Positions 54,451 through 64,000 of a stretch of DNA of 64,000 bases are shown one piece after another. Every line of letters starts with the position of its first letter. The first letter of the stretch is position 1. A program made the translations under genes and the position numbers. Source of the DNA: Catajapyx aquilonaris (taxonomy: Eukaryota); contig KZ538008.1 in assembly GCA_000934665.2 (NCBI GenBank), positions 1 to 64,000 on the forward strand, written 5' to 3'. The notes below the pieces were generated by a model. It was not told where the DNA came from. It searched no databases and worked only from the letters and a program-made list of their open reading frames with translations.

Positions 54451-56399
54451 AAGCACGATTTTTCCGCCACACCGCTCCGGATAAAAATCCAACGCTTGAA
54501 ATATCTGAATGTTTCCGGAATAAAGGCCATCTACATCTGTTTGTCTGCAGTCTGCCCCACTACATTTGCCTGCGACGCTCTCCTTTCTCCTGCACCTTCT
54601 AACTACAACTCATCCTCTTTTTTTTTCAAGGGTTGGCCCGAGGGTTGACTTGAAAAAGTTTGGCACCCGCTAGGCGCAGTCAGCACGATCTGTCAACCCG
54701 GCTCCGTTTGCGAGGCGGTTACCGCTTAATAAAGAGTTGCGGAGATGATTTGCGACAGGCATTTTTTGGCGCAATGACCGGTTTCCACTGCGTTGTTCCC
54801 CGCGACATATTTCCTCATTCCGCCAATAATCCTTGCCAGTAGACGGCCACAAGCAGCTGTAATGATCACAGTAAAACTCGTCCATCAAGCGTTAATGCTG
54901 ATTGCCGGATCTTTCACCCGAAATGGACTCTTCAGCCTCCCCTGGCATTTGCAGAAGTAGATGTGAGGGTAGAAATGGGGGCCCGCTTATCCATCCTCTT
55001 CATGCAATGCTTGCCAACCACTTGCGGCGAAGGAACGCCTAAATCCATCATTACCGGCCCGCTGAGCTTATCGGTCCATAAAAACCGCGTTACTGACCTC
55101 ATCTACATATATGCCCCCCCAATCGTTAGGTGACACGCCTTTGTGGCATGTAAAAAGTTTACTGGCGATGTAAACCAGCACCGCGTATGTACGAGTCGCA
55201 TTTTTCCGTGCGGAAATCAAAACCAGGCATTAACGCAACAAGTGAATCCATATTAGGGCCGTGCATTATTCAGGCCTCCCCCTGGAAAAAAAAATAATCA
55301 TATACACCGATTTTGCGCAGTGTGCAAAAATCACGATCAATATTTGCATTCCCAAAATGCCCAGTGATATGCGGACCCCCAAAAAATCCAGTCCCAACCC
55401 GCCTTAATATTAGGAGTCAGGGCGTCAGGCAACAAGCTACACAATGCAACTTCTGTACACAAACCCAATTTGGGAAATGGGTCTCATGCGCCGGAAGTTC
55501 CCCGCGACTAAGTAAGATGCAACGTCAACATGGTAATAGGTAGCTTAATGCGCGTAGAAACTTTTAAGGATGTCCCTAGTTGCCTTTGCAGCCGTATATA
55601 GACCTGACCCGCTGAAATATTAGAATCTCGGCTTGTTCATGCAACAGGAGACGAAAAACTGCACAATAAAGTTATATGATTGCAATTTTGTACACAAAAT
55701 TGGCAAACAACTGGTGTCAACACAAAATCAATGGGCACTCGCTAATCCTGTCAGCCCAACCACTAATCCACAAAAATACGGATCCCTTAATCCCTAGGCC
55801 GAATTAGTTGACGGGACAGGTCAACGTGAATATCGTCGCCGCAATTTTTCAGGGGTGGATGTATGCGTGGGAGGAGACAACCAATGGGGCATGCCAGTGC
55901 GGCGCTTATTGAGCGTGGAGGTAGACCCTGGCCATTAGCACAAGCCATGACACTCAATATGCACAAAATATGGGTAAACAGGCAGCAACAAACAAGAACC
56001 GGACAAAACGCGCCGAGCTGGGTCGGGGCCTAAATTAGTATCACCTCCGCATCCACATGACAGTAAACAGACATGTAAGAGTGGCTCATTTTATCCCTCC
56101 CGCCCGTTAAATGAAGATGAATTAACGCAAAGGAAGGCGGCGCGGAAATAAGAGTCAACGCGCAAGTCCCGGTCATAAATAGCTGTGATGAATTACCCCC
56201 GTCTCTATATGCACGGTTTCACTCAAGCCGGATATTCAGCTCCGACCCTCACATATACCGAGGACTCCAATTTCTTGGGATGGAATGTGAAAATATTTCC
56301 AATCTATGCAATATTTCCGCCACCAACATCGGATTGACAGTCCTGACATTTTTACACAATTGGGAAGAGGTTCTGTCACACTCTTTGCCAAAACCACGC

Positions 56400-57480
56400 A
56401 AAACTGCCTCACGGGTTTAGGTTGTTCGCCTAACTTTCGTCCACACTTTTTCCCTGCCCTCCAGCTATACCAAGCACGGGGAAATGTGTAGCGTGCAAAT
56501 GAGGCACCTGAGGAAAACGCAACGAGATTGCGTCCAGAAGCCTCTCGCTGGAAAAGCGCATTAGCTGGTGAGGAACGTGCTAATGGTACACGACAAGCTC
56601 TGCCGTACGGGGACACAACTCCGGAAGCCCCACTTTTTTACTACCACTACGAAACTACATAAGAAGCGCTATACTGCCAGGAGTAAACTGCAAGGAAGTC
56701 GGGGCTGACCTGATTCATATTATTAATAATGAATGAAAGGTCACTCGGGTTGAGCCACTGAAATACGGAGGTAGTGAGAAAAAAATATCCGGTCCTTCTC
56801 GAGGTACAACAGCAACTCTTGGGAATCATCCCAAAGCGTTGCGGCAATAAAAATCGCGGCGACATCTTCGTCCGCGAGCAAGGAGAGAGGCAATAAAATC
56901 GCTTTGGCCGGATGGAAACAGTAAAACTTACCGGGGTTTTTATTACTGCGTTTGCCGTGTGGATGACCTCGTATAAACTTGTCTCCAAGCTTTATTTCTT
57001 CCTATAAAAATTTTCCTCCGTCCGGGTTTTTCCAGAAATGAAAGAATCTTCCTCCTGGGCTTGTCCCCAGAGGCTTCCCCGACTGCATCGTTTGGCATCC
57101 TCCTCCACACTTCCATGGAAAGCATTACCAGTTTCCGATACGAAGGACTGGGAGGGTCACAACAAATTCACTTAAAAGGGCTTCCGCAACACCGAGGTAT
57201 ATAATCTGGGAATAAATTGTTCCCAGATGCTGCTCTCACGAACACTGCAGTGCCCATCAGACTCGGAACAAAACGACCCCAATGTAATGCGATACGCCAT
57301 AAATCTCCGCCTTTTCCAGTCATGAGAGAAGCATTAATGCGCTGAATTGCACTTTGCAGTTCACTGCCAACTTTGATACGAAGCGTTAAACGGTATGACA
57401 AAATGACAGCCGTCAAGAGGTTAGCAATGACGCACTTCTTGGACACCAATCGCTCTACTGCTTGTCACACTAGTAGTGAG
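56400..57480 (-). mobile_element. Decayed L1/Tx1-like retrotransposon ORF2 C-terminal fragment
   Basis: KKCVIANLLTAVILSYRLTL...AIQRINASLMTG (cf. RAxVCNxxLxxKLWYxxxxL...IQxxxxxFxWG) and LYEVIHTANAVIKT (cf. FFKLHTxTLPxK). Confidence 0.35.
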
Positions 57481-57809
57481 TGCTTAATCACATCGGACCT
57501 GTATGTTTCTATCTCTCACAACATCCGCTAGATGGAGTTGGGGCGAGCTGTGATGTTTTCCGGTAGAGGGTGCTGGGCGTTGCGATATTGCTGTGGAGCC
57601 GAGGAGATGGCTACACCATTTGTCAGAAGTCATTGTGTTGAGAGTAGCTGGATGCTGGAATAAACAATTTGTCCTCACCAGACCTTAAGTAACCCTCTGG
57701 TGCGTCATCCGCCACACACTCGAGAGAAGAAACAAACAGGTCCAATGTGATGCAGTACAAGCAGTACAAATCGGACGACAACCCATGGGTACACAGATGT
57801 TGGTCCTAC

Positions 57810-58209
57810 CTGAAGTGGATGGAACGAACCCGTGTACCTCGCAGTAAGTCCCCGGGGCTGCGGCTCCTCCCGAGCAGGGCTGCTGCTGGGTCGCCGACAC
57901 AGCACCACTGCAAGAGTCCGCTCCCGACCCCGGGCCCGACACCACCCCTGTCGCCGGGGCAGTCGTCCCTGTTCCGCCACTCCAGTAGGTCCCATATCCG
58001 GAATATCCAGCCACGGAGGGCGGGGAGGGAGGGGTGAGCAAGTGTTCCCTGGAGGCCACCACCACTGACCCGCCGCCACTTCCGCCCCCGAGGTTGACCA
58101 GGGGGACTGTGGCCACCTGGGGCTGCCCCACCAACCCCAGCCCGACCCCCAGACCCTGTCGCAGCTCCGAACGCACTCGCAGCATCCACACCATGCCGAA
58201 AAGGGCCAT
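57810..58209 (-). CDS. dlg1: Probable dlg1 alternative first coding exon (133 codons + 1 nt): MALFGMVWMLRVRSELRQGLG...GYSGYGTYW...QQQP...YCEVHGFVPSTS
   Basis: GC-rich island unlike its surroundings; tccATGG start; donor TCA G|gtagga is phase 1, so G+AT rebuilds the Asp of DIQEFY at 24929. No homology recognised and other frames are also open. Confidence 0.6.
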
Positions 58210-61200
58210 GGACGGCGGATCACCATGGGGGGAACAAATCCCAGGGGGGCCCACCCCGCCCTGCGCGCACTTTTTGGCCCCACGCAAACTTCTCCCAAAT
58301 ATCACATGGCAGCACTTGAGAAAACAGCGGTCACTTCGCCATCTTTGCACTCGCGAACACAGCCAGACACGCTACCGTCATCCTGGCACTATGCCAACCA
58401 ACCGCGTGGTTGCTTCCGACGCCATCTTGCTAACTAGTCCAGGCTGCATATCTGGAAAAACATGGCGGCGGTTGGTACATGGCCAACCACCAGTCCCACA
58501 TAGGAAATCTCCGGGCCTCGAATTTTCCGGGCATGCCCCACAAGTTTTGATTTCCGGGAGCTTTCCCTTAAGCCGCTCGGATGACCGGTCCAAATCCTCG
58601 GCTTAGCAGTCCCACTCTCCTTTCCGGAGATAATGAATGTCCGCTGCGTTGCGTTGGCTATGTCTGGAGGCCCCCCCTTTACCTGTACAACAGGGCCAGG
58701 TAACCTCGCCTCGTTTCGCAAACGCTAATCCGTTCACTAAATGGACTACGACGGAGCAGTCGAGTGATGGCCCCCGTTACAGCTTCCGAAATGGAGCTTA
58801 ACAGGTTTCCTAAATGTGGGAGCTATCTGACTCGCGATTAAAATCTTATTACGGCGATTAAATCGTCACACCCTGACGGAACAATCCGCCCACTCCTTAT
58901 GCTACCCGGGCTCGACAGGTGACACCCACCTATAAAACGGCTTATGGTCCTAGTGTTGCAGCCAATAGGCAATTGAATCTCAGCAGCTACGATACGTGAA
59001 ATTGTCGGTCCTGATTGGGAAAAAAAAGTCGTATATGCAATGTGCTCACATGGGATAGTCGCAGTAGCGGCCTCATGTAAACCACCAACGATGGGAAGTT
59101 TGTATACAGCTATTTTTCCCGTCCTGTACTAGAAGGAATTGTGAGAAATTTCGACCCGACCATTACCCACCAATAAGGAGCTCCCAATATTATTTGAGAG
59201 GGAATATATTACGTTTCTCACGGCAGGATGGGCCGATTCTCACGTTAGACGGCGCCCGACTTCACTTCGCGCCTCAATTCGTCCAGCTCAACAGGCCTGT
59301 CGTAAATCTGCGCCGCAGAATGACGCGAGTTCAAAGGGGATCTACAGATACGATTACTCTTTTTCCCATTCCACAAGACCGCAGCATATTTCCAGGATAA
59401 TCGCCCTCAAATTAGCGTTATCCTACTCTACTTTTTCACGGAAAAAGACTGATCAAATCCGCTTCATAATAGTGTGGTTCCCCTTTGTGAGATACACACA
59501 CCAGTGCTTCAATTCAGGCATGGCGGACTCAGTTCTGCAAGAACCGGTTTGATAGACTGTTACATTAGCGACCGGCGATTAAACGTGGTAATTGCGAGAA
59601 AAGTAGTGCCGATTCCCCCGGCGTTTTATTCACATACAGGAGGGCATTAAGCAGTAAAGAGCCGGCTTTAGAGATTCGCAATCAACCGCAAATGTGGAAC
59701 GCCCATCAACTCAATTATCTCGCTGGAAACGCGTAAAAAAATCAGGGTGAGACACGGCTTGCATAACAATCAATGGCGGCAATAAGATTTACTGAGGTTC
59801 CGCTCCTGGCGCGTGGAAAAAGGCGCTTCGCTAGGGTGGTGTAATACCAAACAGCACACTCAGTCAATGTCTATTTAAAGAGGCGAAATAAATTCTTTAA
59901 AATCGTGGTAAATTTCTTTTCACGTGATCATGACTCCTCTACTAAAATAACTTGACACTGATTTTCCCCTTTACTAACAGTAAGTGGGTAAGTCCCGAGT
60001 TGTGGTGTTACCTCTCATCACAACCGAAATGGCGCGACTTTCAAACAAAAAAATAGCATTCCAGCCACAATACCAGTTCAATGTCCTGCTACGTAATAAG
60101 CTTCGTTTTAAAACCAGGTCAAGCCCAGCTTTCCCTGCATTTGCTCAGCTTACCTCACCCCACGATCGCCGAAATAAGCCTCATATCTGAGTGCAGGTGC
60201 TTAATTTGCAACAAAGCTTTAAAAGTATAAAAAAAAGTTTGCTTAATCCTTCTCCGCATATTTCTCTCTCCCAACCCAAGTTGGTAGTAAGTCGGCGAAC
60301 AAATAATTCCCATTAAGTCGTGTTCTTTTGTGGAAGCATCAAGACGGCGTGAGAGCTGCAGACAACTGTGAAACCGCCGACAGTCTCCTTGCAAATTGAG
60401 CCGGGATATAACGTATTCCCTTCTTTGTTTTCTGCATAACAATGCGGCCATCAATTGCGGCCAACAAAGTATCGCCGGGGGAAGACGGGAGGAGGGGGAG
60501 AAAGAAGGAAAGGAGATGGAAATCGAAGGAAAAGGAGCTCGCTTTTCTCCGCGTTAGTGCGGATTCTACAGGAACCGCCAGAGACGTCACGCTCGGCTGA
60601 CTTGCCAAAGAAACTCGCGGACAAAAGGAAAAGTGTTCCCTCCTCTCCTCCCCCCCCCCCCCAAAAAAAAAACAGGGTGTCATATCCCCGACAGACATAC
60701 ACAACAGCATGAATATATACAGAGAGGAGGTCAGCTCTCAGGTCATCGCTCCCGTTTCCCTGCTGGTCCCCCTCCGAAATTTCAGTGGAGGAGAAGCCAT
60801 TCCAGTCGAAATGAGCTTTCCCAGCCCGCAGCCCACGCGTATATTTCCCCTTCCCCGCCTCTGCAGGAAACGCCACTTCCTCAGAAACCGCCTCCGTGTT
60901 TAGGCGTATGAAAGAATTATACCCGCTTCTTAAGAGAATAAAGTCGGGGCTCGTGACTGTCATTTGGAAGGAAAGAGGGGGGGATGGGTGGTAGGGGTTA
61001 CAAGTTCGTGAGAATAAAAGCTAAAAGCGTATCTGACGAGTGCATGAGGATAAAGAGTGACTCCGGCAGTTATAAAACCATTGTGAAGCAGATAAGCCTA
61101 TATATACTCCCCACAGACCCTGAGGCTACACACGTTCACAAAGCCAGTTTTTTTGAAACCCCCCATCAGTTCTGCACAGAACAGCACGTCATACCCCAGC

Positions 61201-62599
61201 CTCAGCTCAAATTGAAACCAGGCTTTCCTACAAAAAATCGACATGAAATTGCATTCTGAATTCTTCTCCAAGCGGACCCCATATATTCACACATTCCAAT
61301 CTATCCTTCCTAGCCCCCACATATATATCCATACTCTCGCCTTACATTGTTTCAGGCCCAGGACATTCCGGATGCAAAATGTCAGCGAAATAGGGGAGGA
61401 ATCAATGGTCTCTTGCCTCAGATATTGGATTCCCGCTTCTCCAAAAGTTCGCTATTTTATTCTTCCCAACCACACTATGCGGGCATGTCTATTTTTTTCT
61501 ATTTTCACAACAAACCCGTACTTTTACACTGTCTGCTTGCTCCAATCCCCCAGAGTCGGTACTAATTACCCACAGCAATCAATGGCGCGCTTGCTTGATG
61601 CAAAATTAAATAACCTGCAGTAATTAAATCGTGGGGAATCGACTTGGCGAAAATTCTGCCAGACGCGCTCTTTTATTTAAGAGGAGTTGGGTGCCCCCAG
61701 GACCAGACGCAGCTTGACTTGCACTAAATCATCCTGTCGTTGCGTCCTACTTCGTGGGGCGCTGTCTCTTGGGAGACCTCTTCGATTTCCAGCTGTATGT
61801 GGCGGTACTGCTTCCATTAGTCCAAATCCGGGGCCTGCCTCACTCGCCCGGATTGAACCAGTCATCCAATGTTCAGTCCCTAATTTCAAAGTAGATCCCG
61901 AAATTCTTATCCGCAAAAATGATTGAAACGCTCCTCACTAGAGGGCAGTGGCGTTGCGTCGGCTGGGTGTAGACTTGGAGTGCTCTTTTGTGAGTGAGTC
62001 GTGAAACGGCCTGGCTACAGGCTGGTCTGAATACGTGGGTTGCTCATAAACTGTGTATTATTGGACCACGAGCATGTGTGACCTGTTTATGCAGCAATAC
62101 AGCTCGTATGAACTGAAAGGCCAAATTTCCACCTGATTTGAGTTCCTTAAGATCCCCTTAAAGTTCCTTCCGGAGCAGGCTTCATTTGAAGTGGGTTATA
62201 CTTCACAAAAAAAAATTTTTTTTGGCCTCCTTCGTTCCCCAAAAAACTCGCCATCTCTAGTTGCTTTTGTTGACTCGCACATCGGAAAATCCGTTTCCTT
62301 TAACCGTTCCCTCCCCCCTTGCAGTCGAGTCCTTATCTCTTGGCAGGTTACACGAATGGTTCCCGATGCTGTCCAGGAGCAATTTGGGAGGAGGCCTGAC
62401 CTCATTTGGGCTCGGACCCAGCGCTTTTCCCGCACTGCCTGCCGACATTGTTGGCACTATGTCGTTGGAATAGTCAAACCGTCATTTGTAGCGCTCCCTT
62501 CGCTCCGAATTGGACTGGCCGGAATCGCCAGGAAGGATCCACTGGGGACCACTTGCAGCATTATACTGCCGCTCTATTATGCCGCCCTATCCTCCCTCC

Positions 62600-64000
62600 A
62601 CAGTTTGCAACGCCCAACAGCTTGATTTCTGCGTGTCAATTGCTCCCAAATAATAAAACCCAGCCGAGCTCGCACCTTAACTTGTGTTCCAGCTCTATTA
62701 TGCCCTGGTCCATTGAATTGCCAAGACACGAGCTCCTCTCTGGACCTCACTCTCTCTATAGCGTTTTTTTTGGTGTGCGAAGCCCCAATACCGAGGATAC
62801 AATGGAGAAAACCTATTGATTTTCTCATCGGACTGCTCCCTAGCATTCCATAGCGTTTCATACAGACACTGTACAGATATAGCACGCCCAGATTACATTT
62901 CATTGCAGACCACAAAACGAATGCAAATGAAGTCTCGAACGTCAATAACTGGGTTTCGCACTACAAAGAAACTCGCTTCCGAACGTCACAACTGTAATTG
63001 AGGCAAGAAAAGACACTTCTTTTTCTTATCTAAGGCATGAAGGAACGGTTGCAGGAATAGGATATTTTTTTTCTCTACTTCGCATAAAAAGCTGGCATTT
63101 TCGCTGACATTTCCATCCACGTCCTCAATGCTCAAATAAACAGAAACAAACATTTGTAATCGACATGAATGGATATCGGATGCTGATAATTCAATGCAGA
63201 ACTGAAGGTCCAATTGGCAAGTCAAAGGACATCAGAGCCAACAAATAATGCCAAATTTTCATGGATTTCCAACTCCCTATCCACATGCTGCTTCGTTCCA
63301 GGCATAGCTAATTAGCCATAAAATGTCGGGTTAATGCCAACAGGTACAGTACTGTGGTTTTAATCAACGCTACAAATATGTGGCACTTGAATACAAACAA
63401 AACACCTAGGCATTTGTTACTTGAAAATTATTTACTAAATAGGCTTATCATAACAGTTCACAAATCACACACTAGACACAGGTGCAACCGGCCATTACGT
63501 GAAATGACCCGTAAGCGATCTTTCAGGAAGGTCCTAGCCATATCCAAATCCGATACTATCCCTACATGAAAAAAATCGATATATTGCATGTCCATCGAGT
63601 CACCCAGGGCTTCAACCTCCAAGATGGGGGGAAAAAAAAGTCTGGACATGTTTTCCAGAAGGGTAGCTGCACCGAATAACAGATTATGCCCTTGTAAAAT
63701 CCCAGAGTCAGGCCTGGCCCCTAACCCTTTATTCATACCAAGTAGGAGGCTGCTGGCTAAGAGAGGTTCCCCCCTACTTTCTTGCTGCAGAGGACGCGGG
63801 TCCTTTTCTGGAAGCCCCCTGCCTTGATTTATGTATTTACCCGGGCAGGAGGGCGTTTTAAGTGATGGGCGTCCGGGTCCCGCAGGCACTAGGAGCAAGT
63901 GACCGCGACAGGAAGGCATCCATCGCTTCATGCACTTGATCCAAGTCGCTGACTTGCCCACAGGCACGAACAACCCATCTTACCCTTGCAACACAACCCG
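62600..64000 (-). mobile_element. Third decayed P-element/THAP9-type transposase, truncated by window end
   Basis: ILEVEALG...GIVSD (cf. IxxxExxGxxVxxIVSD), KQHVDRELEIHENLA (cf. KHVxPxxxEKMxVxLA), LTFETSFAFVL...YLY...SSPM...G (cf. LTxETxxAL...YLL...SSDPxExxFG). Confidence 0.45.

Larger units (their letters stand above)
1..58209 (-). other. dlg1: discs large 1 (dlg1/SAP97-PSD-95 family MAGUK) transcription unit, 5' part; continues beyond position 1 and probably beyond 64000
   Basis: Four minus-strand exons with GT-AG boundaries and matching phases (1 into the L27 exon; 0 into and out of the PEST exon), plus a 3' splice site at position 1. The L27 exon peptide is near-identical to the Drosophila Dlg sequence as I recall it. 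Confidence 0.93.

Noticed and set aside
57806..58189. Third frame of the 58 kb exon (MDAASAFG... in the ORF track)
   Set aside because: Starts at GTG, not ATG, and would need the weak gtacac donor.
60451..60963. 170-aa minus-strand ORF with an acceptor-like tttcctgcag
   Set aside because: No recognisable homology, no convincing donor, runs through homopolymers.
24930..64000. Canonical dlg1 first exons (MPVKKQ / EAHRALELLEDY...LFQALL)
   Set aside because: Searched by eye on the minus strand and not found; presumably beyond 64000.
1..64000. CRISPR arrays, tRNA/rRNA genes, prokaryotic operons, intact transposase or RT ORFs
   Set aside because: No regularly spaced repeats, cloverleafs or long ORFs (longest 222 aa). 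Isolated B-box-like words are at most SINE debris. The remaining listed ORFs are short, often non-ATG and lack coding character.

Overview
Eukaryotic (arthropod, probably tick-like) genomic DNA, almost all intronic. The window lies inside the 5' half of a discs large 1 (dlg1, MAGUK) gene on the minus strand. Four coding exons can be read directly with canonical splice sites and compatible phases: a candidate alternative first exon (58209-57810); the exon for the C-terminal part of the L27 domain, DIQEFYELTLLDDSKSIQQKTAET (24929-24796); an alternative first exon MIDWVSIVRHSRRRFS...CGCCQAKK (9654-9493); and a MAGUK N-terminal PEST-like exon KTRYRSEEELPPPPSP (5815-5591). Position 1 is exactly a 3' splice site (T18-GCAG), so the next exon, expected to start PDZ1, begins just outside the window. 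I did not find the canonical first L27 exons; they probably lie beyond 64000. The introns hold heavily decayed retrotransposon (RNase H/CCHC LINE, endonuclease, Tx1/L1-like) and P-element/THAP9-like transposase relics, recognised only by eye from degenerate motifs. The most interesting signal is a series of sense-strand recursive-splicing-like sites (polypyrimidine-YAG|GT) that divide the 33 kb intron into roughly 6-10 kb pieces. The best one (48681/48680) has a branch point, a perfect GTAAGT and a 44-nt downstream cryptic poison exon. No CRISPR, rRNA, tRNA or prokaryotic system was found. Nearly all ORFs in the supplied track are spurious. Family assignments rest on recalled motifs, not database searches.
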